Counted from the first letter of the stretch, positions 23,867 through 33,486 are shown. The stretch is DNA of 64,000 bases from an uncultured virus (IMG/VR IMGVR_UViG_3300028805_000102) (IMGVR_UViG_3300028805_000102), one strand, 5' to 3'. The notes: generated by a model not told the origin, from the letters alone. Translations and numbers: made by a program.

Positions 23867-24361
23867 ATGACACAAGAAGAAAAACAAATACTGTTAAATG
23901 ACTTAAAATGTCGTTTATATACGAAGACACAATGTCAATGTATGTGGTCTAATACTGCAAAGAATGGTTCAGTAGGTGCCGTTAATGAACTTAACACTTA
24001 TATCCTTGATGAGCTTGAGAGGATTGACAATCCTGATAACAAGGATGTGATCAGTGACATTGAGCCAATGTTTAGCGACATTAAGCCTTTTCTTCGTCCA
24101 ATGTCAAGTATGAATGGTGAAGAGAAAAACGAGTTTATTAATTATGCTGGTTATGAGGTTGAAGAATCTGTAAACGGAAGACATTACGAATATTATTTAA
24201 AAGATTTTGTTGGTACAAAAGAAGAACCCATTGTAAATGTTGATGCAATTAATTGGCTCAATACCCATCACTTTGACTATCGTGGATTGATTGAAAAGGG
24301 ACTTGCTCTTGAAGCACCTGAAGGAATGTATGATAATCCAAAACTGATAAAAGGAGAATAG
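23867..24361 (+). CDS. paralog family A protein
   Basis: MTQEEKQILLNDL...KPFLRPMSSM...HHFDYRGLIEKGLALEAP. Confidence 0.85.
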   Translation: MTQEEKQILLNDLKCRLYTKTQCQCMWSNTAKNGSVGAVNELNTYILDELERIDNPDNKDVISDIEPMFSDIKPFLRPMSSMNGEEKNEFINYAGYEVEESVNGRHYEYYLKDFVGTKEEPIVNVDAINWLNTHHFDYRGLIEKGLALEAPEGMYDNPKLIKGE

Positions 24362-24620
24362 AATTATGTCAAATGAAGAAAAAGCAAATGAATTGATAGC
24401 TGGAGACGAAAGTATCAATATATCAACAGTAAGATTATTGATTAAGGATAAAGTTTTACAAATGGCAAAATGGAAAGAACAACAGATGATTGATAGAGCA
24501 TTGAGACATCTTCAAGATGTCTATACTCAATTCGATATTACTGACACAAACGGTTATAGAATTGATTTCAGATTTTTTAAATACGAATTTGAAAAAGCAA
24601 TGATGAAAGGAGAATGAATT

Positions 24621-25064
24621 ATGACAAAAAATGAAAAACAACTTTTAATAAAGGATTTATCAGCAAGATTGCCATATGGTGTTATATGTAAAGGAATAAA
24701 TTTGGACCTTGATGTAACTAAAGATGAAGATGAGTATGTGAACAGAGAAGTCAGTGGTCCATTGACAAAAATTGGATATGATCATTGCACACTTGGTATT
24801 ACAAAAGAATGTGAATTAAGTACAATCAGATCATACTTACGTCCAATGTCAAGTATGACGGATGAAGAATATAAAGAATACAGAAAAGCTGGTGAAGGAG
24901 ACACTTTAGACAGTGCAAAAGCATTAAGACTAAAGGCTGAAGGAAAATGTTACATATCTTCTTGGTACCGAGGTGCAGATTGGCTTAATGCTCATCATTT
25001 CGACTACAGAGGTCTTATTGGTAAAGGCCTTGCATTGGAAGCTCCAAAGGATATGTATAATTAA
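24621..25064 (+). CDS. paralog family A protein
   Basis: DLSARLPY...YLRPMSSM...HHFDYRGLI. Confidence 0.85.
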   Translation: MTKNEKQLLIKDLSARLPYGVICKGINLDLDVTKDEDEYVNREVSGPLTKIGYDHCTLGITKECELSTIRSYLRPMSSMTDEEYKEYRKAGEGDTLDSAKALRLKAEGKCYISSWYRGADWLNAHHFDYRGLIGKGLALEAPKDMYN

Positions 25065-25078
25065 AATTGATATAGGCT

Positions 25079-25846
25079 ATGACAAAAGAGGAAAAACAAC
25101 TTTTATTAAAAGACTTGACGGCAAGACTACAGTATAAAGTAAAAGTTCAAATTGATGGACTTGCTAACAGCATACTTACAGGTATAGATGATGACGATGT
25201 ATTTACTGATAGAGGCATAAACTATCCAATAAGGTTAGTCAAACCATTTCTTCGTTCAATAGATAGTATGACTGATGAAGAAAAACAAGTTTATAAAGAG
25301 ATTAGTTCTCATTTATGTGATACAATTTCTGCAAGAACACTAATTGATTGGTTCAACATACATCATTTCGACTATCGCGGACTTATTGAATTGGGACTTG
25401 CACTAGAAGCACCTAAAGGGATGTATAACGTAACAGCATATAATTCTAAACAAAATAAAATTATGGACACTAAATTATATTCTAACTGCAGACAGCTTAA
25501 TGAATTAGCAAAAGAAATTCATCAAGATAATGTTGACAGAGGATTTTATGAAAAACCTCGTGAAACAGGAACCGAACTTATGCTTATTGTTTCTGAGTTG
25601 TCAGAAGCTCTTGAAGCTTTTAGAAAAGATAAATTTGTTAATAAGGAAGATTTATATAAGCATATATTTGACAAAGATCACTTCAAAGAAAAAATAAAAG
25701 ACACATTTGAAGACGAAATTGCAGATGCTTTAATTAGAATACTTGACATGTGCGGTAATATGAATATTGATATTACAGAACATGTTTATCAAAAACTTGA
25801 ATATAACAGAACTCGTGAATATAAACATGGTGGTAAAAAAATTTAA
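25079..25846 (+). CDS. family A domain fused to a MazG-like NTP pyrophosphohydrolase
   Basis: N-terminal family A motifs; C-terminal LIVSELSEALEA...EDEIADALIRILD...KLEYNRTR. Confidence 0.8.
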   Translation: MTKEEKQLLLKDLTARLQYKVKVQIDGLANSILTGIDDDDVFTDRGINYPIRLVKPFLRSIDSMTDEEKQVYKEISSHLCDTISARTLIDWFNIHHFDYRGLIELGLALEAPKGMYNVTAYNSKQNKIMDTKLYSNCRQLNELAKEIHQDNVDRGFYEKPRETGTELMLIVSELSEALEAFRKDKFVNKEDLYKHIFDKDHFKEKIKDTFEDEIADALIRILDMCGNMNIDITEHVYQKLEYNRTREYKHGGKKI

Positions 25847-25849
25847 CTT

Positions 25850-26071
25850 ATGAAAATACAAAATTATGATTCAACAAGCTCGAAATTAAAACCATGTCCA
25901 TTTTGTGGAGGAACTCCTATATGGCACTATAATGGCAATGATTTTACTCCATCAAGAACAGTTGTAATAGAATGTAAGCCGTGCAATATATCAATGCAAA
26001 TAAAGGGTCGTTTACTAGGCATTGATAGACTTGAAGAAATAATTATTAAAAAATGGAATAATAGAAAATAG
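25850..26071 (+). CDS. Lar-family zinc-finger protein
   Basis: LKPCPFCGG...CKPC...KWNNR. Confidence 0.7.
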   Translation: MKIQNYDSTSSKLKPCPFCGGTPIWHYNGNDFTPSRTVVIECKPCNISMQIKGRLLGIDRLEEIIIKKWNNRK

Positions 26072-26078
26072 TTAAATT

Positions 26079-26840
26079 ATGATTCTTCCAAGAAAAGTAG
26101 ATATAAAGTCATTAAAAAATATAGAGGGTTTCAGCAGCGAAATTCAATTGGCGCTTATTGACCTTATATGCAGATATAAAAATCCTAATAATGTACTTGA
26201 AATAGGTACTTGGCATGGACGAACTTCTGTCATACTTGCAGCTTATGTCAATAAGAAAAATGGTAACTATTATGGAATAGAACCTCATGAGAAACGTGCT
26301 GACATCACTCTTGAAAACTGTAAAAATGTCTGTTCGCCTGATGTACTGCATATTGACAAAAACGTTTCATTTTATAGTGAGATGTTAAGAAAGATGTTAT
26401 ACCTCGATATAGTCCATATTGACGGTGAACATAGTTTTTCAGCAGTTTATAATGATTTGTCGGTAGTATCAAAAATAATGCAAAGAGACGGTATAATTAT
26501 TCTTGATGACTTCTTTTTTGATATGTATCCACAAATTACACAAGCAACTTATAAATGGCTGGATGACAATCCTGACTATGTTCTGCTTGCTACCGGAGTC
26601 CTTAAAGGGTTTATTTGCAATAAAATGTATTATAAAAAATATGCAGATTTTCTTTTAAGTCCTGAATTTATACATGAGCTTAAATTGTATAATCCTTCAG
26701 AATATCCATATATTTCAATAACAAGAACTTCACCATTAATTGATTGTCAGACACTTGGTATTTCATTAAATATATCTGAAAAAAATCTTATTGGTAATGA
26801 ATGCGAAGATGGACGAATGGAAAAAATTATGTGTTCTTAA
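26079..26840 (+). CDS. class I SAM-dependent methyltransferase (Methyltransf_24-like)
   Basis: VLEIGTWHGRTS, HIDGEH, IILDD. Confidence 0.85.
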   Translation: MILPRKVDIKSLKNIEGFSSEIQLALIDLICRYKNPNNVLEIGTWHGRTSVILAAYVNKKNGNYYGIEPHEKRADITLENCKNVCSPDVLHIDKNVSFYSEMLRKMLYLDIVHIDGEHSFSAVYNDLSVVSKIMQRDGIIILDDFFFDMYPQITQATYKWLDDNPDYVLLATGVLKGFICNKMYYKKYADFLLSPEFIHELKLYNPSEYPYISITRTSPLIDCQTLGISLNISEKNLIGNECEDGRMEKIMCS

Positions 26841-27825
26841 TTGTTTATTATTAAAAATATATAAAAATGACAAAATTGCCAAAAGAAATATTACAACTTA
26901 TATCTGACTTTGAAAGTGATTCAAAGACTAAATCTCTTTGTGCTGAAAAGAGTTTGATAAAAATCTGTGAACCAATAATTAAAAAATATTATGACATAAC
27001 AATGGAATACAATCAGTTAGTCTATAATGTTTTTAATGAGTTGTCATCTGATATATTCAGTGAAGAATATTCATCTGACAGAGGTGACTTGGTAAAGTTT
27101 TTAAGATATAACAAAGAAGATAATTCTCTTGAATTTCTATATAAAGACGGATGTCTTGGTGAAGTTTGGGAATGTACTGTAAGTATGCCTGTAGATTGGT
27201 TTGATGAAAATTATAAACAAACATTCCGTAAACAATATAAAGATTCAATAATTAAAAAATTGAATACAGTTCTTGAACAACATGAACGTAAAAAAGCTGG
27301 AATCTTAGATACTATTGATAAACTACAAAAACTTTAAAATTATGGACATTAGCACAAAATATTGTACAAATGATACTGTTCTACTTTATGAACAGTCAAA
27401 AGGTCTTATTTATGGAAAAGTTAAAAATATAAAAATAGACATTGTATCTCATTTTAGAGGTACAGATTACGTAGGTCACTACACATCAATAGTTTATGAC
27501 GTAATACTTTCAGATGATGAACTTCGTCATGCTGTACCCGAATCACAACTATTTTCGTCAAAAGAGGATTTTATAGATTCACTTTAAAAGAAAGACGTAT
27601 GAAAAATTCAGAAATTATAAACATTGCAAAACAAGAACTCGATGTAGTAAAAGTCATTGCATCTTCAGTTTGCCAAATAAAGGATGAAGATGTTAAGGCA
27701 AAAATTGATTATGTCCTTAAATATTTGGATTGCGACGTATATAATGATCAGGCTCGTTCAGGATTCAGAATATTCGCACAAAAATTAAAAGAATTGATTA
27801 ATGATGATTCAAAATAATTTCATCT

Positions 27826-28218
27826 ATGGAGTTTGTAAATTTTACATCAGAAGAGCAAATCAAAAAGTTAATCAAAGCAGGTATTGATATAAATTCTGCT
27901 GATTACACTTTAAGCAGTAATATTGTTGTACCTCATGATCCAGAATCTAAGAGAGGTCTAAAAGAATTACCTTGTTGGAGTCTTGGAAGGCTTTTTCAGA
28001 TAATTCCTTCTGAAATAATCTTAAATCCTGAAGATAAAACAACAATACAAAATTTCAAAATGACATTCTGTAATGTCAACCATGTTGAAGTTTGTTATGA
28101 AAATCAATATCTTGAAGCTAATTCATATTATATTGACGATGACAATAAAAATATCATAGACGTTTTAGTTTCACTTATATGTAAGTTATTACAAGATAAT
28201 TTACTTAAAGGTTTTTAA
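27826..28218 (+). CDS. paralog family C protein
   Basis: FTSEEQIKKL..SAD..LPCWSL. Confidence 0.75.
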   Translation: MEFVNFTSEEQIKKLIKAGIDINSADYTLSSNIVVPHDPESKRGLKELPCWSLGRLFQIIPSEIILNPEDKTTIQNFKMTFCNVNHVEVCYENQYLEANSYYIDDDNKNIIDVLVSLICKLLQDNLLKGF

Positions 28219-28221
28219 GCT

Positions 28222-28650
28222 ATGGATAATAAAAATACAACATCTTTAAGTTTTGAAGACATGCAGCTGCTTATAGGTGATTTAAGTATGCGCCTGCCTC
28301 ATGGAGTTTGGATAGACTTAAACGGTATAAGAGGAAAAATCAATAATCTTGATGTAACTCATTATTATGATAATTCAGACATTCCTACAAACTTAAAAGC
28401 ATTTACAGATTTCTTCATACCTAATGAACCTATTGATATTTGTAATTTCAAGCCTTTGCTTAGAAAAATGACGGATATGACAAAAGAAGAAGAATCTGAA
28501 TATACATCAATAAAAGGCATTATACGAATGAATCATTTTGAAGAGCAGTCTATGAAACTTATAAATTTTTTGTTAATACATCATTTTGATTTTCAAGGAC
28601 TCATAGAAAAAGGATTAGCAATAGAGGTTAAATACGATTTTTACTTTTAG
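28222..28650 (+). CDS. paralog family A protein
   Basis: DLSMRLP...KPLLRKM...HHFDFQGLIEKGLAIE. Confidence 0.8.
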   Translation: MDNKNTTSLSFEDMQLLIGDLSMRLPHGVWIDLNGIRGKINNLDVTHYYDNSDIPTNLKAFTDFFIPNEPIDICNFKPLLRKMTDMTKEEESEYTSIKGIIRMNHFEEQSMKLINFLLIHHFDFQGLIEKGLAIEVKYDFYF

Positions 28651-28653
28651 AAT

Positions 28654-29019
28654 ATGGATATAAATTTAAAAAATAAAATAGATAACTGGTATATAAATTT
28701 CATCAATAACAATAAGAATGTTATTATGAAACTTATTCAATTAGGAATTCTTAAAACAGGTGAAACAAATTGTCAGGACCATAATGTAGGTGAAAGTAAT
28801 TATGCAAAACATATCATTCAGCCTTGGCATATTTGGCAGGAATGGAAATTAAATCCATGGGATGCTGATATTGTAAAACGAATATTGCGTACAAAATCAA
28901 CAGATGACCGGGTTCTTGATTATCAAAAAATTATTCATATCTGTGAAGAACGAATTAGACAGATTGAAATTGAACGAGAAATATCTGAAAATAATGGAAT
29001 TGAAGAAATTATTAAATGA
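28654..29019 (+). CDS. DUF3310-like (T7 gp1.7/SaV-type nucleotide kinase-like) protein
   Basis: NVGESNY..IQPW.I...NPWDADIVKRILR..DYQK pattern. Confidence 0.55.
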   Translation: MDINLKNKIDNWYINFINNNKNVIMKLIQLGILKTGETNCQDHNVGESNYAKHIIQPWHIWQEWKLNPWDADIVKRILRTKSTDDRVLDYQKIIHICEERIRQIEIEREISENNGIEEIIK

Positions 29020-29395
29020 TGATGAAAGAAAACTGATTTTAACGGACTTATCTCTCAGAATTCCATATAAGGCAAAATTCAGGGCATTTTCAGACAATAA
29101 AGAGTATATATGTAAAACAGTGTCAAGTGATTTTAGAATTAATAAGTCCAGATGTTTTGACGGTTATTTAATAACCTCAATAAGACCTGTGTTACGCCGG
29201 ATGTCTACAATGACTGAATCAGAGCTAAAAGAATGGAAACAGATAATGTCCCTTAATGTCCATGTGTCTGACAATAATACAGTATTTTCATTACCTAATT
29301 ATGTCGCACTTGAATGGTTATTAAAGCATCATTTTGATTTTCAAGGACTTATAGAAAAAGGGTTAGCAATAGAAATGAATTTTAAACATATTTAA
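28994..29395 (+). CDS. paralog family A protein
   Basis: DLSLRIPY...RPVLRRMS...HHFDFQGLIEKGLAIE; start reassigned to the ATG at 28994. Confidence 0.8.
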   Translation: MELKKLLNDDERKLILTDLSLRIPYKAKFRAFSDNKEYICKTVSSDFRINKSRCFDGYLITSIRPVLRRMSTMTESELKEWKQIMSLNVHVSDNNTVFSLPNYVALEWLLKHHFDFQGLIEKGLAIEMNFKHI

Positions 29396-29406
29396 ATTTT
29401 AATATT

Positions 29407-30477
29407 ATGAGAAAATTAGTAAGCGTAAGAACAATTGGAAGTACTTATCCAATTAAAGGTAAAGACAGAGTTGAAATGGCAGTCGTAGATGGTTGGACCT
29501 GTATGGTCAGTAAGGCCGATAATTTCAAACCTGGTGACTTATGTATCTTTTGTGAAACTGATTCTGTTTTTCCACAAACTGAAAAATGGGAATTTTTGAA
29601 AAAATACAATTACCGTATTAAGACACAGCGTTTCAAAGACGCCGATGGCAATTACATTTATTCACAGGGTCTGGTACTTCCAATGACAGATTTTCCAAAT
29701 GCAAAACTTGGTGATGACTTGACAAAAGAAATGAATGTCATACAATACGAAGCAACAATGGATATTGAATCAAAACCTAAAAAATTCAAAAATCCTTTGA
29801 TGAGATTTGCTTGGTTTAGAAAACTGTTCGGTAATGTACAAACTAAAGAATCATTTCCTGATGAGATAAGTAAAACAGATGAAGAACGTATCCAAAACTG
29901 TCCTGAAAGACCTTCACTTGCAGAAAAATGGATAATGACAGAAAAAGTTGATGGACAGTCAGGAACTTATTTACTTCGAAAACATAAATGGTTGTTCGGT
30001 ACAAAATATGAATTTGTTGTTTGTTCCCGTAATTTTAAAACAAATGACAAAAATACCTCATATTGGAAGTGTGCTGAAAAATACAACATTGAAAAGGCTT
30101 TGAAAAACCTTATCGGTAATCATAAATGGATTTGTCTGCAGGGTGAGTGTCTTGGTCCCGGTATTCAAGGTAACAAATATAAACTGCCTTGCTATACGTT
30201 AAGAGCTTTCAACTTAATTACTCCTGAAGGACGTATGGACAGTGTAACTGCTGAAACACTTGTAAAATCACAAGGTATTTTTTGGGTTCCAATGCTTGGT
30301 GAAATTTCAGGTGAACAACTAATGAAATTAGGAGTTGACGGTATATTAAAAGCAGCAAACGGACTTTCTAAATTAAATTCAGATACTAAGCGTGAAGGAA
30401 TTGTATTTAGAAGCAGTGACGGTAAAAAATCATTCAAAGCCGTAAGCCCTGAATTTTTAATCAAATTTGATGAATAA
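29407..30477 (+). CDS. ATP-dependent RNA ligase (DRB0094/Rnl5-like)
   Basis: N-terminal MRKLVS..GW..G..SQGL domain, KTDEERIQN, motif I TEKVDG, QGE, EGIV, SFK. Confidence 0.88.
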   Translation: MRKLVSVRTIGSTYPIKGKDRVEMAVVDGWTCMVSKADNFKPGDLCIFCETDSVFPQTEKWEFLKKYNYRIKTQRFKDADGNYIYSQGLVLPMTDFPNAKLGDDLTKEMNVIQYEATMDIESKPKKFKNPLMRFAWFRKLFGNVQTKESFPDEISKTDEERIQNCPERPSLAEKWIMTEKVDGQSGTYLLRKHKWLFGTKYEFVVCSRNFKTNDKNTSYWKCAEKYNIEKALKNLIGNHKWICLQGECLGPGIQGNKYKLPCYTLRAFNLITPEGRMDSVTAETLVKSQGIFWVPMLGEISGEQLMKLGVDGILKAANGLSKLNSDTKREGIVFRSSDGKKSFKAVSPEFLIKFDE

Positions 30478-31500
30478 AATATATTCATTGTTTTTTTATT
30501 ATAAACTTAAATTGATGAAACATATTCATTTAAAATATTTTTATAATGAAAAGACAGGAATTCCTAAATATCTGCTGGATTGTGCTAGCAGATATTTAGG
30601 AATTAATGAATTTGATTTTAAATTGTCAAGACATATTATAAATCATTGTAATAGCTTAAAAACAAATAGATTTTTCACACCTGAGTATTTAATAAATCAG
30701 GTAAATCACATAAGAACTAATAGAATAGCTCCAATTTCTATAGAAACAAATGATAACATAGTCGTTGGACAAGCTGTTTACAAAATGAATTTATCAAGTG
30801 AAAAATCTTTATATCTTGTGATAGGAAATAAAATACTTATAACATCTTATATAAAATAGTCCTATGAATTTTAATGATGCAAAATTATTTGTTGATGAAA
30901 CCATAAAAGAAGGCGAGTCAACACTGTATAAAGTCGTTTCAGACTTTAAGGTAGAAGAATTAAAGTTTGACAAAGATTCTATAAAGCTAATCTTTTCAAA
31001 TGATAGCGTAACTATCAATGAGCATAATATTGATGTACTTTATAAGTATAAACAGCAGGCTTTAAGGCATATAGCAAATAGATGTAAAATTTTCTTAGTC
31101 CAACATGATTTTTTAGCTTTGAAAAATGCGGACATCATAAAAATATAAATAAATAGTTCGTTTAATTTTATAACTATGAAAAATATCATTTTATCTGACA
31201 TATCTGAATTGATAAAAATTGCAAAAGAAGCATTTGAAGAATTGCAAGTTCGTGATTTCAACGGCAATATTACTGTTGAATATCTTGAAAAGATGTTTAC
31301 AGACATAAGAAATAAAGAACTTACAGGCGAAAAAATGCAGGCTTCTGGATATAATGATATTATTGTAATGCATTATATGTTAAGAGCAAAAGGTGTCAAT
31401 TTCTATTTTCAACGTCATGAACTTCAAGTAGATAACATGGATGATTGGAAAGAGTTTGTAAAAACTTACATAAGGCACTATACAAGACTTTTGTAAAATT

Positions 31501-31545
31501 TTTGATCCAACTTTAAAATTTTTACATTATTTTTACGTCATCAAA
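31501..31545 (+). promoter_or_regulatory. class-1 promoter motif at the head of the RNA island
   Basis: TTTGATCCAACTTT...TATTTTTAC; followed by a class-2 motif at 31564. Confidence 0.65.
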
Positions 31546-31608
31546 CAATTTTTATAAATTCTGTTGTTTATTATATACAAACAAGCTTATAAAGTACATT
31601 GAAATATT

Positions 31609-31695
31609 AAGGAACTACAAGTTAACATCATACCAAAGATGTTGAGTGGAATCGGAAACAGGTGGTGCTGTCGGTAACAGAAAAAGTAATTCCTT
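31609..31695 (+). ncRNA. unknown structured RNA
   Basis: Closing stem AAGGAACTAC/GTAATTCCTT (9 of 10 pairs); hairpins TTAACATC/GATGTTGA and CTGT/ACAG. Confidence 0.45.
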
Positions 31696-31701
31696 TTTAA
31701 A

Positions 31702-31815
31702 ATTGCGTTATGTAGGAATGGCTGACCAACATTCCACAAATTGCTGGGCGTGGAAGTGTGTGAATAATCCAGAAGAACAACACACAATGATTGGTACGAA
31801 TTCCTCTGACGCAAT
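31702..31815 (+). ncRNA. unknown structured RNA, multi-way junction
   Basis: Stems ATTGCGTTA/TGACGCAAT, AGGAAT/ATTCCT, TTCCAC/GTGGAA and TGTGTG/CACACA. Confidence 0.55.
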
Positions 31816-31826
31816 AAATTTAATCT

Positions 31827-31900
31827 GGGCCGGGTAGTGTAATTGGCTAGCACGTCACATTTGCACTGTGACAGAGGGGTTCAAGTCCCACCTGTGTCCA
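31827..31900 (+). tRNA. tRNA-Ala(TGC)
   Basis: TCACA-TTTGCAC-TGTGA anticodon arm; G3:U70; the acceptor stem appears to carry a bulge. Confidence 0.75.
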
Positions 31901-31932
31901 CTAAAAAAGAGTACATTGAAATAGTTATAATT

Positions 31933-32111
31933 TAAAGATTCTGAGGTGGAGCAGGTTTTTCCTCTAAAGCATTCGAGGATAGAGGGTTGGAAGTAATAAC
32001 TGCGTGGACGTGTCCTTTACGCTCGACTTACTCGCGTGAAACTAAGAGTATGGGGACCAAAGGTCGGCTACAACAGGGCGAATACTGTCGAGGGCTGTAT
32101 AGGAATCTTTA
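31933..32111 (+). ncRNA. unknown ~180-nt structured RNA
   Basis: Terminal stem TAAAGATTC/GAATCTTTA enclosing hairpins CCTCTA/TAGAGG, TACTC/GAGTA and others; GC-rich, no ORF. Confidence 0.5.
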
Positions 32112-32118
32112 ATTTTTG

Positions 32119-32465
32119 GGGGGTGTATGGTTTTGACTGCAGATTAGTGGTATGAGATACATGTGGTGATTGAACGGCTCACCTAAAACAACGGTCGAAA
32201 AATAAAGGTAAAAAACACTTTCAGCAAAGTAAGCAACAAGGTTGTAGACTTCGCAAACAGAGTAGCAGACATCAGAATTGCTCCAGTAGTAATGAGAATG
32301 GCTGCTTAATAGCCTTTAAGATTTCCGTGTTAGATTAAATACGGTGGTGGAGCTGCGAGAGCAGAGGTTTTGGAACAGAACCTTAATCTGTTATCCTAAA
32401 CATGTAAATAATATCTTGTATTGACGGTTTGTAGGACCGGAGTTCGAATCTCCGCACCTCCACGA
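32119..32465 (+). ncRNA. ssrA: tmRNA
   Basis: 5' GGGGGTG...GGTTTTGAC; 3' GGACCGGAGTTCGAATCTCCGCACCTCCA with G3:U70; tag frame 32208-32309 ends in MAA*. Confidence 0.92.
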
Positions 32466-32468
32466 TTA

Positions 32469-32543
32469 ACGCTTGTCGTCTAATGGTTAAGACATAGGGT
32501 CTAAAATAAAGCCTTAGATTCGGGTTCGAGTCCCGACTTGACA
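32469..32543 (+). pseudogene. tRNA-like element with unpaired acceptor and enlarged anticodon loop
   Basis: D arm and T arm like tRNA-Glu; TAGGGT-CTAAAATAAA-GCCTTA anticodon arm; acceptor strands not complementary. Confidence 0.6.
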
Positions 32544-32628
32544 TCATTGCACCTAACATATATGTCAAAGCGTTGTCATCATACTTATCACTTGCGGCAT
32601 GCGTGAGGATTCCGTGTGCCGCCCTCCT

Positions 32629-32697
32629 GCCACGGTCGTCTAATGGTTAGGATCTGAATGCGCAATCAAGAACCAGGTTCGATTCCTGGCTGTAGTA
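32629..32697 (+). pseudogene. tRNA-like element (Glu scaffold) with degenerate anticodon arm
   Basis: GCCACGG/CTGTAGT acceptor; D arm nearly identical to tRNA-Glu; intact T arm. Confidence 0.6.
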
Positions 32698-32702
32698 CTA
32701 AT

Positions 32703-32836
32703 GTCCATGTTGATGGACTTTCTATTGCATAAGTGTACATAGTTCAATAGAAAGGTGCTGGTAAGCTTTATCATCTGTTTTTGTCAATATTCATGATACA
32801 TTGACAAATAATGAGGTTCGATTCCTTACGTGGACT
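32703..32836 (+). ncRNA. tRNA-like RNA with greatly extended D and variable arms
   Basis: GTCCATG/CGTGGAC acceptor; TGAGG-TTCGATT-CCTTA T arm; 10-bp and 9-bp internal hairpins. Confidence 0.6.
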
Positions 32837-32840
32837 CAAA

Positions 32841-32917
32841 GACTTATATAGGCAAATAGGCGAAGTCGTCAGGAAGAAATTCCTGAAGGTACTGGTTCGA
32901 AACCGGTTATAAGTCCA
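32841..32917 (+). ncRNA. tRNA-like RNA whose anticodon arm is capped by a GAAA tetraloop
   Basis: GACTTATA/TATAAGTC acceptor; TCAGGAA-GAAA-TTCCTGA; intact T arm. Confidence 0.65.
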
Positions 32918-33037
32918 ATAGTAATGAACTGAGTCAGAAAAGTAAAGCGCTTAATATGTCGACTAAAAGCGTGAGTAACGAAGTAGGACCAAGGACGTGA
33001 GTAGCTACGCAGGTAAGCATCTTCAGGCGTCCATTCT

Positions 33038-33109
33038 GCCCCGGTCGTCTAATGGTTAGGACGTGAGGTTTTCATCCTCAAAATTCGGGTTCGATTCCCG
33101 GCTGGGGTA
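33038..33109 (+). tRNA. tRNA-Glu(TTC)
   Basis: Cloverleaf; TGAGG-TTTTCAT-CCTCA. Confidence 0.92.
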
Positions 33110-33152
33110 CAAAATGATTTATTTTAGTTCTTTGACATATTGGAAATATTTT

Positions 33153-33234
33153 GGACCTGTGGTGGAATTGGTAGGCACGCCAGACTTAGGATCTGGTGCA
33201 GAAATGCGTGAGAGTTCAAGTCTCTCCTGGTCCA
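33153..33234 (+). tRNA. tRNA-Leu(TAG)
   Basis: CCAGA-CTTAGGA-TCTGG; long variable arm. Confidence 0.92.
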
Positions 33235-33486
33235 CAAAGAAAAATCGCAGGTGCAGTTCGAGTCTGCATGGTTGTGAAACGGTGCACCATATCACATATT
33301 CAGGTGTACAACTAATATGTGTATGAAGTAGCAACCATAGGTGTATGGGTAGCATGGCGAAAATTTAAGTGGTGATAGACGATCAATAAGATGACATGAG
33401 AACGGTTGATGCGGTTAGGCTACAAATTACCGGTAGTATCTGGTCTCATTGGAAGGTGACGAATCGGTATTCCTTCTGCCACTTTT

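Noticed and set aside
31827..31900. tRNA-Cys(GCA)
   Set aside because: The loop register gives TGC, and the G3:U70 pair indicates Ala.
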